From the NCBI GenBank assembly GCA_963816145.1, contig CAWFJP010000029.1, positions 384,001 to 448,000 on the forward strand: a DNA stretch of 64,000 nt. Direction: 5' to 3'. A program made the position numbers and the translations under genes. The notes under the pieces are model-generated. The model was not told the origin of the DNA. It worked only from the letters and a program-made list of their open reading frames with translations, and made no database searches. This DNA is from an uncultured delta proteobacterium (lineage in GTDB: Bacteria > Desulfobacterota > Binatia > UBA9968). The number at the start of each line of letters is the position of its first letter. Position 1 is the first letter of the stretch. Shown piece after piece: positions 43,015 to 53,649 of the stretch.

Positions 43015-45009
43015 ATGTCTGAGTGGCGTGAACAGATTGTCGGTCGCTTCGTGCCAAACATCGCACGCGTTACTGCCGTCTCCGACCCAGACGGTTTGCT
43101 TCGCGATCCCGGTGTGTTCCAAGCCGTTCAAGCGAAAGGCTTCGCCATCGTGCAGTTTGAAGACTCCGTTTCCTTCCGCTTCGATTACGAAAGCCGCTTT
43201 CGCGCCAAATGGGATGCCGGCGAGTCGGTGGAACTGGTCGTCGTTTTTAAACCCGTGGAGCATGATTTCGAAACGCTTCCCGCCGATGTGCTCGCCAACG
43301 CTCAACGCTTGTCCTTCACTCTCAAAGACATTTTCCCCAAGCTCTCGTATTCAGTCGTTTCCCAACTGGAGACGGTCTATTTCGACGCGCTTTTTCAGGC
43401 CCAACAGCAGTATGTGTCGCAGGCTCACGACGAGGCACAGACCCGCGGCTTCGTTCTTCGCCACGTGTTTGGCATAGAACCGAGTGTGATCAAGAACGCA
43501 GCCGACCTGCTTCGAATGCTGTTTCAGCGGCATTACAAAAAGTCAAATATTCCTCTCATGCTGGATGAATATTTGGAGGCCTGCTTACGCCAAATCCGGG
43601 AATTTCGAAGCTGGCCCCTCGATGTCATCCTTCGCAATCGCTCCGCGTTTTGGGAATTTCTTGACGAGAGGTGGCCGATATTCGTTCGCCAATATCGTGA
43701 ATTGGCCGGGCAAGTGAAAGAGCAGGCGCCGCCGTTAAAATATCCTGGTCCCGATCTATTACCTTTCGACCACGACGACGTTCGCGTCTACGTCGACAAC
43801 TTGTTTAAGGACGGACTTCTGACGCCGGTAGCTTGCGACGGGAACGAGAAGACCGAACAGGCGTGGATGCGGGTAGGGCTTCTCGAAAGCCAAGCGGACA
43901 ACTCGGAATTGCGTTTCGAGGAGTTGAAAAAAGATTTATCGGACGCGTGTCCAGAGGTCGATGCAACGCCACAGGACTGGCTGACATTTGCGTTTCGTTA
44001 TGCGCAAGCCATCGCACTTTGGACACAACTAAGCCCGGCTGCTCGATATCGCTACCAAGCGCGTTTTTCCGAAGTGCGAAGTCTTGTAAATCAGCTATTT
44101 CTCACTTGGCTCACTAGCAACTACTCTGGGCTTTTCAATTACCCGGCATCAAATCCGCTTATGGTGCATCACATCCCGGGATTTATTAGTCATCAGATCG
44201 CAAATAAACTTTGTCAGCGGGCCGTTTTCATTCTCATCGACGGGCTGTCAATCGATCAGTGGCTTGTTATAAAGGAAAGTCTTAAAGGACAGGGATCGAA
44301 GAGTTCTGTCGAGGAGAATGCTCTATATGCCTGGATTCCGACGGTCACGGCAATTTCACGGCAAGCGGCGTTTTCTGGCAAGGTCCCACGCTACTTCGCG
44401 GAAACCATAAGTCGAGCGGATCGAGACGAGGCCGGATGGCGACAATTCTGGGTTGATCGGGGATTGTCGCAAGCGGAAACAGGATTTCTCGCGGTATCCG
44501 GTGATCCTGGTGATCTCGGAATTATTGATGAGCTTCTTACAACAGAGGTTCGTGTCCTAGGATTGACCATATACAAGATCGACAAGATCATGCATGGAAT
44601 GCAATTGGGGGCCGTCGGCATGTCCAGCCAGCTGCGGACATGGACGGAAGAAGGATTTTTGCCGAATCTTATTAATCTCTTTCGAGCACGCGGATTCGAC
44701 GTCTTCATTTCGGCCGACCACGGCAACCTGGAGGCGGTGGGGCTCGGTCGACCGAGAGAAGGCGTGTTGAGTGAAACGCGAGGGGAACGATGCAGAATTT
44801 ATCCTGATGCCACCTTGCGAAAAGGCTGCTTGACGGCATTCCCAGAAACAATTCCTTGGGAGAATGTCGGTTTACCGGATAACCTCAGTGCTGTGTTGGC
44901 GCCCTACGGAAAAGCCTTTACGCAAAAGGATTCGATGGTGGTTTGCCACGGCGGGGCGGCGCTCGAAGAGGTTTGTGTTCCGTTTATAAGAATTCGCAGT
45001 CAGACTTAA
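43015..45009 (+). CDS. pglZ: BREX-3 phosphatase PglZ
   Basis: VSDPDGLL, FILIDGL, PTVTAISRQ, SADHGN, HGG..LEEVCVP. Confidence 0.9.
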   Translation: MSEWREQIVGRFVPNIARVTAVSDPDGLLRDPGVFQAVQAKGFAIVQFEDSVSFRFDYESRFRAKWDAGESVELVVVFKPVEHDFETLPADVLANAQRLSFTLKDIFPKLSYSVVSQLETVYFDALFQAQQQYVSQAHDEAQTRGFVLRHVFGIEPSVIKNAADLLRMLFQRHYKKSNIPLMLDEYLEACLRQIREFRSWPLDVILRNRSAFWEFLDERWPIFVRQYRELAGQVKEQAPPLKYPGPDLLPFDHDDVRVYVDNLFKDGLLTPVACDGNEKTEQAWMRVGLLESQADNSELRFEELKKDLSDACPEVDATPQDWLTFAFRYAQAIALWTQLSPAARYRYQARFSEVRSLVNQLFLTWLTSNYSGLFNYPASNPLMVHHIPGFISHQIANKLCQRAVFILIDGLSIDQWLVIKESLKGQGSKSSVEENALYAWIPTVTAISRQAAFSGKVPRYFAETISRADRDEAGWRQFWVDRGLSQAETGFLAVSGDPGDLGIIDELLTTEVRVLGLTIYKIDKIMHGMQLGAVGMSSQLRTWTEEGFLPNLINLFRARGFDVFISADHGNLEAVGLGRPREGVLSETRGERCRIYPDATLRKGCLTAFPETIPWENVGLPDNLSAVLAPYGKAFTQKDSMVVCHGGAALEEVCVPFIRIRSQT

Positions 45010-45021
45010 ACGTTATTCGCT

Positions 45022-45767
45022 ATGCGCGACAAAATCGAAATCGCCTTTCGCCGAAAAGTGCGAGCAGTCTGGTTGGAACAAGGACTTGCGCTGGCCGCGA
45101 ACGGGGTGACATGGAAAGACGCCAAGGTGTCTTTAGCCAAAGAAATCGCGGCCGAAAACCCAGGTAAAGAAACGATTCGCAAAGCCTTGGAACATCTGCG
45201 GAGGATTTGGTTCGAACCACCCAATGATTCTATTGCGCTCCGATCCCAGGCACTGAATATGTTTCGGGCGGATAATTCCCGTGATACCCGGTTTCTTCTG
45301 AATTGGGGCATGGCGATCGCCGCGTATCCATTTGTTGGAAGTGTCGGCGAGGCGATGGGCCGATTGCTCAAGCTACAAAACGAGGCGCGACGTGCCGATG
45401 TGCAGCGTCGTCTGCGCGAGCAATATGGTGATCGTGACTTCGTCAATCGTATTACCCGTTACACATCAGTAGTTTTCTCGACTGGGGTATTGTCGCTGAA
45501 ATCAAAAGAACTGGTGTCTATGTTGTAGGAACAAAGATTCAAGCGAAGAACACGGACCAGTTGGCGTGGCTCGCCGAAGCTGTTCTCATTTCGCGAGGTG
45601 AGAATCAAATGACCCTTTCTAAGCTTCATCACCATCCGATTCTCTTCCCCATCGCGCTGGATACGTTTAACGGGTTTACTTTACGAAGCAGTCCACGACT
45701 GAAAGTTGCACGTCAAGGAATGAGCGAGGAAGTCGTTTTCGTCGAAAATGGGTCTGAAGTCGAGTAA
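45022..45767 (+). pseudogene. brxA: BrxA-like terminal BREX-3 gene, -1 frameshift near 45464
   Basis: WGMAIAAYPF, EQYGDR; restored frame reads RY(N)ISSFLDWG...AWLAEAVL...HPILFP; last position in the locus. Confidence 0.7.
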
Positions 45768-45896
45768 TTTTGGGGTGCTAACACTGAAGGAGCAGCGTTG
45801 GGCGCTGCGTTGGGGTCAGGCATGAGTCGTGCGTAATGTAGCTACTGCGAATCGATTTCGGCGACTCAACCGATTACCGGAATGTCGAACGACCGC

Positions 45897-46400
45897 TCAA
45901 ACAACCTTGTTGCCGCATTCCGGACAGAACTTGGCTCCGGGTTCGTAGGTCGCGTGGCAACTTCCGCACTCGTTTTTAGGCCGCAACGGGTTGCCGCACT
46001 CGGGACAGAATTTGCCGCCCTGGGTGCGGGCGCCGCAGGACGGGCATAGCGCGACCGCTTCGCTGGTGAGATCGAGATTTTTCGTGAGGTCTTGCTGGCG
46101 CACCTTTTCTTTCATCTGGTCGACGGTCGTCTGCACTTGCGCCGCGGCGATTTCGGTCTCGATATCGGGGGCGCAGGCGTAGCAGAGTGCGCGCTTACCG
46201 TTCCAGCAGGTCGCCTGGCAAACCCAATGGGTGCATTTCGGACATTGGCGGAAATTGCTCTTCGCCGCTTCGACGGCTTCGCGAAAAGCCTTGTCGTGGG
46301 CCGGTCCCTGGATGGCGCGCTCGATTTCGTAGCTGTTGGAGCCGGCGGAGCCGAGAATGCCGCCGAATAGGCCGCCGGCGGTGCGCAACACGCTCGCCGG
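45897..46400 (-). pseudogene. Double zinc-ribbon protein, apparently 5' truncated
   Basis: CPKC..WVC..CWN, repeated KFCPECG; no RBS or start matching the expected N-terminus. Confidence 0.65.
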
Positions 46401-46462
46401 TGTAAGCCTGGGGCCGCCGGCTGAGTATTGACTTATCTGCCGCTATCGCAGAGTTCGCCGCG

Positions 46463-46702
46463 TTAGCCTCTAGCGCTTGATGCATGCAGGGTCGGTTTCT
46501 TTTCCTTTGTCACTCTCAGGAGAAATCGAAGAGCCTCATTGACTGCAACGGCGTTGGGGAATGCTTTAGCCACGTCAGGTTCCAGCCGGACAACCGACTG
46601 ACCAAAACTTTTTCGAGCCGGACCTAATCGGCGTACGACCAACTTTTTAAGGTCGTATTCCGGACGTAAGTCATCAGTCGCATTACGTTTAGCCTTCTTC
46701 AT
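46463..46702 (-). CDS. BrnA-like antitoxin
   Basis: DDLRPEYD...VRLEPDVAKAFPN..AVNEALRFL; overlaps brnT. Confidence 0.8.
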   Translation of the reverse strand: MKKAKRNATDDLRPEYDLKKLVVRRLGPARKSFGQSVVRLEPDVAKAFPNAVAVNEALRFLLRVTKEKKPTLHASSARG

Positions 46703-46961
46703 AGTTTTTTCTCTCCGCTGCGGTGGTTTTTCTGGCACTTATCAGCCGTATCCTATCACCCCGCTCTGTGTAGGATACGATCAAGAGCCGCCCTTGATGC
46801 GACTTGCCGAGCATGAGATAACGATTTTCGTCGATGGAATGGTCCGGATCGTAAAACTCCACGTACAAGGGATCGTTAAATACGGTTTTGGCTTCATCGA
46901 ACGAGACATCGTGCTTTGCCAGGTTGTCAGCGGCTTTCGTTTTGTCCCATTCATATTTCAC
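46689..46961 (-). CDS. brnT: BrnT family toxin
   Basis: EWD..KA..NL.KH.VSFDEA..VF.DP, E.RY..LG, RIRLISARK. Confidence 0.92.
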   Translation of the reverse strand: MKYEWDKTKAADNLAKHDVSFDEAKTVFNDPLYVEFYDPDHSIDENRYLMLGKSHQGRLLIVSYTERGDRIRLISARKTTAAERKNYEEG

Positions 46962-47124
46962 AAAGGAAGTATCTCATTGGTTATTTGGACGACGCAAGAG
47001 GTGGATTCAAAGTTGGCTTTGTACCTGCCCGATTCAGTCAAACTTCATGCTACATTCCTCACCCTCATAGCTCTTGAAGTCCCAGATAGCGACCGATATT
47101 ATCCCGCCGAAGGAGAATTTCTCG

Positions 47125-48522
47125 ATGGCCGAACGGACTCTCTACGACAAGATTTGGCAATCGCATACGGTGGGCATCCTGCCGACCGGCCAAACCCAGC
47201 TCTTTATCGGGCTTCATCTAATTCATGAAATCACCACCGCGCCGGCGTTCGATATGCTCAGGGAAAAGGGCATGGACGTGGCATTCCGCGATCGTACCTT
47301 TGCGACCGTCGATCACATCGTTCCCACCGACATGCGCCAACGGCCATTCAAGGATCAAGAGGCCGAAGATCTCACCCAAGCGTTGGAAAGAAACGTCGCC
47401 CAGTTCGGCGTCGAATTTTTCGGCCTCGACAGCATGAACCAAGGCATCGTCCATGTAATCGGACCGCAGCTGGGTCTGACGCAGCCGGGCATGACGCTGG
47501 CCTGCGGCGACAGCCATACGAGCACCCATGGCGCCTTCGGAACGTTGGCCTTCGGCATCGGCACCAGCCAGGTGCGCGATGTCTTGGCGACGCAGACCCT
47601 GGCGATGGACAAATTGAAAGTGCGCCGCATCAACGTCAATGGCGCGCTTGGCACCGGAGTTTATGCCAAAGACGTGATCCTGCATATCATCCGCCAGCTG
47701 GGGGTCGGCGGCGGCAAAGGATTTGCCTACGAGTACGGCGGCGAGGTGATCGACCGGATGAACATGGAAGAGCGCATGACCGTGTGCAACATGAGCATCG
47801 AGGGCGGCGCTTTGGTCGGTTACGTCAATCCGGATCAGACGACATTCGATTACATCAAAGGGCGGCCTCATGCGCCCAAGGGCGAGGCGTTCGATAAGGC
47901 GGTCAAGTACTGGCAGTCGGTGGCCTCGGACGCCGATGCGAAGTTCGACGATGTGGTGAATTATGACGGTAAAGACATCGAGCCGACGGTGACCTGGGGT
48001 ATCAACCCGGGGCAGTCGGTCGGCGTGTCGGAAAAACTGCCGTTGCCGGAAAAGTCGAGCGATCCCGAGAGCTCAAAGAAGGCTTATGAACATATGGGCT
48101 GGACACCCGGGGCGCCGATCATCGGCACGCCGGTGAATGTCGCTTTCATCGGTTCCTGCACCAACGGCCGGCTCGCCGATTTCCGCGCCGCGGCGAAGAT
48201 CGCCAAGGGGCGCAAGGTAAATCCCAATGTGCGCGCCCTCGTGGTGCCTGGATCTGCCGAGGTAAAGAAACTTGCCGAGGCGGAGGGTTTAGACAAAATC
48301 TTTGAAGAAGCGGGATTTCAGTGGCGCGAGGCCGGCTGTTCAATGTGCTTGGCGATGAACCCCGACAAACTCAATGGCCGGGAAATTTCCGCGTCGTCGT
48401 CCAATCGCAACTTCATCGGCCGGCAGGGCAGCCCGCAGGGCCGAACCCTGTTGATGAGTCCGGCGATGGTGGTGGCGGCCGCTCTCAACGGCAAAGTCGT
48501 CGACGTGCGCGAGTACGAATAA
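47125..48522 (+). CDS. leuC: 3-isopropylmalate dehydratase large subunit
   Basis: [40 protein letters not shown]. Confidence 0.97.
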   Translation: MAERTLYDKIWQSHTVGILPTGQTQLFIGLHLIHEITTAPAFDMLREKGMDVAFRDRTFATVDHIVPTDMRQRPFKDQEAEDLTQALERNVAQFGVEFFGLDSMNQGIVHVIGPQLGLTQPGMTLACGDSHTSTHGAFGTLAFGIGTSQVRDVLATQTLAMDKLKVRRINVNGALGTGVYAKDVILHIIRQLGVGGGKGFAYEYGGEVIDRMNMEERMTVCNMSIEGGALVGYVNPDQTTFDYIKGRPHAPKGEAFDKAVKYWQSVASDADAKFDDVVNYDGKDIEPTVTWGINPGQSVGVSEKLPLPEKSSDPESSKKAYEHMGWTPGAPIIGTPVNVAFIGSCTNGRLADFRAAAKIAKGRKVNPNVRALVVPGSAEVKKLAEAEGLDKIFEEAGFQWREAGCSMCLAMNPDKLNGREISASSSNRNFIGRQGSPQGRTLLMSPAMVVAAALNGKVVDVREYE

Positions 48523-48524
48523 CG

Positions 48525-48632
48525 GAACGAGGTTCAAATCGTTCAAAAAGTTCAAGCCGTTCAAATTGTTCCGCATCTGTACACGGCTTGAGCGGAGCGC
48601 AGCGGTTGAACGGTTTGAACGACTTGAACTGA
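48525..48632. repeat. Inverted GTTCAA/TTGAAC 9-mer repeat element inside the leuCD operon
   Basis: GTTCAAATC GTTCAAAAA GTTCAAGCC GTTCAA ... TTGAACGGT TTGAACGAC TTGAAC. Confidence 0.8.
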
Positions 48633-48652
48633 TTTGGACCTAGTGAGGAACC

Positions 48653-49267
48653 ATGAGTGAAATAATTAAGATCGTCAAAATTACCGGCACGGCGCTGCCG
48701 ATGCGCGGCAACGAAATCGACACCGATCGGATCATTCCGGCGCGCTATTTAAAAGAGGTTACTTTTTCGCGCATGGGCGACTATCCGTTCTTCGACGAGC
48801 GCTACACCAGCGAGGGCAAGAAGAAGGATCATCCGTTCAACGATCCCGAGTATAGCGGCGCGTCGATTTTGTTCGTCAACAAGAACTTCGGCTGCGGCTC
48901 GTCGCGCGAGCATGCGCCGCAGGCGCTCAACCGTTTCGGCATCAAAGTCATCGTCGGCGAATCTTTCGCGGCGATCTTCGCCGGCAATTGTACCATGATG
49001 GGCGTGCCGACGGTGACGGTGAGCGAAAGGGACATGCAGCAGCTGATGAAGAGTGTCGAGGAAAACCCCAAGACCGAGTACACCGTCGATATCGACAACA
49101 AGACCTTGACCTACGGTAACGTGAAGATCGCCATCGACCTGCCGGAAACTTACCGCACGGCCTTGACCATGGGATCTTGGGATTCCACCGCGCTGTTGCG
49201 CGCCAATCTCGATCAGGTCAAACAAACCGCCAAGAAATTGCCTTACATGAACAACTTCGCGGGTTAG
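48653..49267 (+). CDS. leuD: 3-isopropylmalate dehydratase small subunit
   Basis: IDTDRIIPARYL, NFGCGSSREHAPQAL. Confidence 0.97.
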   Translation: MSEIIKIVKITGTALPMRGNEIDTDRIIPARYLKEVTFSRMGDYPFFDERYTSEGKKKDHPFNDPEYSGASILFVNKNFGCGSSREHAPQALNRFGIKVIVGESFAAIFAGNCTMMGVPTVTVSERDMQQLMKSVEENPKTEYTVDIDNKTLTYGNVKIAIDLPETYRTALTMGSWDSTALLRANLDQVKQTAKKLPYMNNFAG

Positions 49268-49381
49268 CGACGCAAGAGATCGGAGATCGGATAAGAGATG
49301 TCTCCCGCAAAGTAACTCATGTACGGGTCGGCACAACACAGCAAATGAAAATGAGCTGCGCCACGTTCAAAGCAACGACGG

Positions 49382-49437
49382 AAATCCCCCAATGGCCCCC
49401 TTTGCCAAAGGGGGCGGGCCGAAGGACCGGGGGATTT
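49382..49437. repeat. CCCCCTTT/AAAGGGGG palindromic element
   Basis: AAATCCCCC..CCCCCTTTGCCAAAGGGGG..GGGGGATTT. Confidence 0.7.
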
Positions 49438-49611
49438 TTTGCCTTTGATCGGCATTTTCATAAGAGGCGCAAAGCGCGCGCAGTTCGGAATGATAAAATA
49501 GGAAAAAACTTTGCGCGCTTGGCGGCTTGGCGCGATAAAGTTTTCTGATTGAGTGTCGGCGAACCTCTAAAAAGTCAGAATCTAACTTCAGCGGTATAAC
49601 ACCCGTGACCC

Positions 49612-50310
49612 ATGGCTGAACGGATTGTTTCCATGCACGCCGCCCATCGCAGCGGCAAGGATGTTGTCGACGGATTTCTTTCCCGGCCGACGGCCGGCGG
49701 CGAACGGCCGGCGATCGTTTTGGTCCACGGCTACCGCGGCCTGGACGACGGCCAGCGGGCGGTGACGCGCCGCTTCGCGCAAGAGGGGTTTGTTTGCTTG
49801 TCGCCGGATCTATTTCACGGCAAGACCTACCATACCCTGGAAGAGTGCGCGCTCAAGAAGACTTCGTTGGACATTCCCCACGCGGTCAACCAGATCGTCG
49901 ACAGCGTGCCCTATCTGCGCAAGCTGCCTTGGGTCGGCAAGAAGAAAGTCGCAGTTTTGGGCTTCTGCATGGGTGGCGGTTTGGCGCTCTATGCCTTGGC
50001 GCAGTCTAAAGCCTTCGATGCCGGGGTGATTTACTATCAGAGCATGTTTCCCGATCCCGAGGATCTGAAGAGTATCTCGGCGCCGATGCTGTGCCATTAC
50101 GGCACCGACGATCGCGGCACGACCCAGACCGAGATCGACATGTTTCGCGAGAGCTTGGAGCGGCACAAGAAAAAATTTCACATCGAGATGTATTCCGGCG
50201 CCGGCCACGCATTCCTCAACAACCCGTCGAGTAAAAACGCGGCCAACCGCGATGCCGCCGCTAAATCGGTTATCACCACAGCCAAGTGGCTGAAAAAAGT
50301 GCTGGCCTAG
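49612..50310 (+). CDS. Dienelactone hydrolase family protein
   Basis: GFCMGG nucleophile motif, GAGHAF. Confidence 0.9.
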   Translation: MAERIVSMHAAHRSGKDVVDGFLSRPTAGGERPAIVLVHGYRGLDDGQRAVTRRFAQEGFVCLSPDLFHGKTYHTLEECALKKTSLDIPHAVNQIVDSVPYLRKLPWVGKKKVAVLGFCMGGGLALYALAQSKAFDAGVIYYQSMFPDPEDLKSISAPMLCHYGTDDRGTTQTEIDMFRESLERHKKKFHIEMYSGAGHAFLNNPSSKNAANRDAAAKSVITTAKWLKKVLA

Positions 50311-50337
50311 CATTAAATAAAGTCCTGGAGGACAACA

Positions 50338-50643
50338 ATGGCGAACAAGTGGGACGAACGTAAGAAAGCGCAAGAGGACGAGTACTTCGTCAAGAAGGAA
50401 CGCGAACAGCTGGCGAAATTAAAGGCTAAACAGGAAGCGGAAGCCAAAGAGACGGCGAATAAAGTCGTCCACATGCGCTGTCCCAAATGCGGCGAGCCGC
50501 TAAAGGCGCGGAGCTTCCAGAAGATCGAGATCGATCAGTGCACCGGTTGCAATGGCATCTGGCTCGATGCCGGTGAACTTGAGCAAGTCGCCGAAAAGGA
50601 TGAGGGCAGTTGGCTCGGCAGGTTCTGGCAGAAAAACGGCTGA
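50338..50643 (+). CDS. zf-TFIIB domain protein
   Basis: MRCPKCG..L...IEIDQCTGCNGIWLDAGELE. Confidence 0.85.
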   Translation: MANKWDERKKAQEDEYFVKKEREQLAKLKAKQEAEAKETANKVVHMRCPKCGEPLKARSFQKIEIDQCTGCNGIWLDAGELEQVAEKDEGSWLGRFWQKNG

Positions 50644-50699
50644 TAGCGACAAGTCGCGAGGCTTGGGTTCGGAAGATTGGCCGCAGGAACCAAAAACCG

Positions 50700-50845
50700 G
50701 GAAGAGCCGCAAAGGGCGCAAAGACCAAAGATGACGGAACGAGCCGTCATCCCGAGGGAACACGAGGGATTCAAGACCGGATTTCTCCCAAGGGTCGACA
50801 TGACAACATTTCCGGTGCTTGCGCCTTTGCGCCTTGGCGAGAGAC
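50700..50845. repeat. Nested palindromic repeats (CGCAAAG/CTTTGCG element enclosing a GTCATCCCGAG..ATGAC element)
   Basis: CGCAAAGGGCGCAAAG ... GTCATCCCGAGGGAACACGAGGGATTC ... CTTGCGCCTTTGCGCCTTGGCG. Confidence 0.6.
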
Positions 50846-50884
50846 TCCGTAATTCGAAACCGTAATTGACCAAAGGAGACGACC

Positions 50885-51445
50885 ATGAAAAAATAGTAAG
50901 TGGTTTATCATTGGCATTGGCGATAGCTGTGGCTGCAAGCCGCGGCGCTGGTTTCGGCGCAAGAGGGCAAAATCGTCCCGTATGTGCCGACGCCGCAGGA
51001 GGTCGTCGACCGCATGCTCGAATTGGCCCAAGTTAAGAAGGGCGATGTCGTCTACGATCTCGGGTCGGGGGACGGGCGCATCGTCGTGACCGCGGCGAAA
51101 AAATACGGCGTCAAGGCGATCGGCTTCGAAATCGATCCGCAGCGCATCAAAGAATCGCATGAGAACATCAAGAAGGCCGGGGTCGAGAATTTGGTCGAGA
51201 TCCGCCAGCAAGATATTCGCACGGTCGATTTGTCGGCGGCCAACGTGCTGACGATGTATTTGCTGCCCGAAGTGAATCTGATGATCCGTCCGAATATCTG
51301 GAAACAGATGAAGCCGGGATCGCGCGTCGTGTCCCATGATTTCGATATGGGCGATTGGAAGCCGCTCAAGACGGAGTATATCAAGGACGGGTCGAGCTGG
51401 GATCACACGCTTTATCTCTGGCATGTCGAGGCGGCGAAGAAATAG
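50885..51445 (+). CDS. Class I SAM-dependent methyltransferase with signal peptide; 5' end disrupted by two compensating indels
   Basis: VPYVPTPQEVV, YDLGSGDGRI, RVVSHDF; ATG 50885 after AAGGAG reads ATG AAA AAA TAG (A-run). Confidence 0.8.
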
Positions 51446-51463
51446 TTCGGACTGCGCCCAAGG

Positions 51464-52618
51464 ATGGTTATGCAACTGACACGAGTACTGTTTGGCGCGC
51501 TGATAGCGGTCGGCTATTTCCCCAGTCTGTCCTTGGCACAAATCAAAATCGGCGTCGCCGAAGCGTTGACCGGCAATGCGGCGCAGTATGGCGTGCCGAT
51601 CCGCAAGGGCTTCGAGCTGGCAGTAAGTGAGATCAACGGCAGCGGCGGCATCAATGGCCAAAAGATCGAGCTTGTCGTTGAAGACGAGCAGGGCAAGAAA
51701 GAAGATGCGATCAACGTTTTCAAGAAACTGATCTTTCAGGACAAGGTGTTGATGCTGTTCGGCCCGACGCTGTCCAACTCGGCACAGGCCTCCGATCCGG
51801 TGGCCCAGGGCGCCAAGGTGGTGGTGTTCGGCACGTCGAATACCGCCGACGGCATCACCTCCATCGGTAACTTTGTATTTCGCAATTCGGTCACTGAGGC
51901 TGATATCTTGCCGGTGACTCTGAAGGTTGCGACGCAGAAAACCGGTCTGAAAAAAGTCGCGGTGCTTTACGGCAACGACGATATTTTTACCAAAAGCGGC
52001 TACGACAATTTCAAGAAAGCGCTGCAAGCGCTAAAAATCCCAGTGACCACGACCGAGACTTTCGCCAAGGGCGACGTCGATTTCAAACCGCAGCTGACCA
52101 AGATCAAAGCGAGCAATGCCGACGCTGTGGTGCTCTCGGCATTGGTGGCCGAGGGTGCGCCGGCGATGGTGCAAGCGCGGCAATTAGGCATCATGTTGCC
52201 GTTTATCGGCGGCAACGGCATGAACTCGCCCAAGGTCTTCGACCTCGCCAAGGACAATTCCGACAACCTATGGGTCGGCAGCCCCTGGTCCATAGAGAAT
52301 CCCGCGGCGGAGAACAAGCGCTTCGTCGCCGCCTATCAGAAGGCGCAAAACGCATTGCCCGACCAGTTCGCCGCCCAAGCCTACGACGCCGTGTACATCG
52401 TCGCCCAGGCATTGAAGAAGGTTAAGCTCAGCGGCAAGCTAGAAGCCGATCGCAGCAACCTGCGCAATGCTTTGCCGGCGGTGCAAATCACCGGCGCCAC
52501 TGGAGCTTTCAAGTTCCGCCAGGTGACGGGTAGAGACGGCAAGCCGGCCGGTTACGATGCCGTGCAGACCGCCATCGTGATGATGACCAAGGGCAACCAG
52601 TACGTCATTCAAAAATAG
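51464..52618 (+). CDS. Branched-chain amino acid-type ABC transporter substrate-binding protein
   Basis: IKIG...LTG..A.YG, INGSGGING.KIELVVED, AAQAYDAV. Confidence 0.9.
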   Translation: MVMQLTRVLFGALIAVGYFPSLSLAQIKIGVAEALTGNAAQYGVPIRKGFELAVSEINGSGGINGQKIELVVEDEQGKKEDAINVFKKLIFQDKVLMLFGPTLSNSAQASDPVAQGAKVVVFGTSNTADGITSIGNFVFRNSVTEADILPVTLKVATQKTGLKKVAVLYGNDDIFTKSGYDNFKKALQALKIPVTTTETFAKGDVDFKPQLTKIKASNADAVVLSALVAEGAPAMVQARQLGIMLPFIGGNGMNSPKVFDLAKDNSDNLWVGSPWSIENPAAENKRFVAAYQKAQNALPDQFAAQAYDAVYIVAQALKKVKLSGKLEADRSNLRNALPAVQITGATGAFKFRQVTGRDGKPAGYDAVQTAIVMMTKGNQYVIQK

Positions 52619-52621
52619 CAG

Positions 52622-53503
52622 ATGCTTGCCCAGCAACTCGTTAATGCGATTTCACTGGGCGGTGTCTACGCGCTCTTCGCTCTCGGATTTACTCTGATCT
52701 TCGGCGTCTTGAACGTCGTCAATCTCGCCCATGGCGCCATGTTCATGCTCGGCGCCTACACGGCGCTGCAGGCGGTGTTGTTATTCAAGCTTCCCCTGGC
52801 AGCGGCCGTTCTGGCGGCTATCGCCGTAACGGCCGGCGCCGGCTGGCTGCTCGACCGCTTCATCTTCGCGCCGCTGCGGGCGCGCCAGGCGCCGCACTTG
52901 GCGCCGATGATTGCCACCATCGGTTTGGCGATCTCGCTCAACAGCACGATCCAAGGAATCTTCGGCGCCGAGAATCTGCGCTTCCCGGTGCATGGCTTGG
53001 CCGCCGACGGGTTGCGACTGGGCGGTGTGCAAATCACCTGGCTGGAACTGCAAATCATTTTTCTGGCATTCCTGTTGATGGCGGTTCTGCTGTGGTGGCT
53101 CATGCGCACGCGCATGGGTACGGCACTGCGCGCACTGGCCGAGTCGCGCAAAGCCGCGGCGCTCTTGGGTATCGATGTCGAGGGGCTGTTTCGTCTGACC
53201 TCGGTGATCGCATCTTTGCTGGGCGGCGTGGCCGGCGTTTTGATCGCGCTCTACACCAACGCGGTGTTTCCCCAAATGGGTCAGCCGATGCTGCACAAGG
53301 GCATCGCCGTGGTCATCCTTGGCGGCATGGGCGACATCCGCGGCGCCTTGCTCGGCGGCTTTTTCCTCGGCTGCGCCGAAGTCTTTTCGGTCGCCTACGT
53401 CGGCTCGACCATGCGCGATGCCGTGGCGTTCGGCTTACTATTCGCAATTCTACTTCTTCGGCCGGAAGGATTGTTCGGCAAAGCCGCCCAGCGGCGGGCG
53501 TGA
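52622..53503 (+). CDS. livH: ABC transporter permease (LivH-like)
   Basis: YALFALGFTLIFG..N..NLAHG, VILGGMG. Confidence 0.88.
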   Translation: MLAQQLVNAISLGGVYALFALGFTLIFGVLNVVNLAHGAMFMLGAYTALQAVLLFKLPLAAAVLAAIAVTAGAGWLLDRFIFAPLRARQAPHLAPMIATIGLAISLNSTIQGIFGAENLRFPVHGLAADGLRLGGVQITWLELQIIFLAFLLMAVLLWWLMRTRMGTALRALAESRKAAALLGIDVEGLFRLTSVIASLLGGVAGVLIALYTNAVFPQMGQPMLHKGIAVVILGGMGDIRGALLGGFFLGCAEVFSVAYVGSTMRDAVAFGLLFAILLLRPEGLFGKAAQRRA

Positions 53504-53649
53504 TCGAAACATCCTGCGGGTTTCGTTCAAGGTTCAAAGGTTCAAAGTTCAAGGTCGGAGCGCGAGATTCGTCGACGTGTGGTGCTGAGATCAATTTTTA
53601 TTGGTTGTCGGGTGATAGAAATCCCTCGCGTGTAGAAAAGCTAATGTCC

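Larger units (their letters stand above)
21500..47000. mobile_element. Defence/accessory island (TA array + BREX-3 + BrnTA); boundaries approximate
   Basis: Cluster of TA and defence genes and remnants, visibly more AT-rich BREX portion, between core genes; no integrase, tRNA or terminal direct repeats seen. Confidence 0.5.

Noticed and set aside
31038-45767. ATPase-methylase-helicase-phosphatase cluster as a new defence system
   Set aside because: Gene content and order match the described type 3 BREX; only the inserted Schlafen-like gene is non-canonical.
46400-46470. Integron attC site after brnA (GGCTAAC at the stop codon)
   Set aside because: No matching GTTRRRY end or convincing L boxes, no integron integrase, and no similar sites after the other TA modules.
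47047-47070. Leader-peptide attenuator upstream of leuC (MLHSSPS*)
   Set aside because: Only one Leu codon and no terminator hairpin before leuC.
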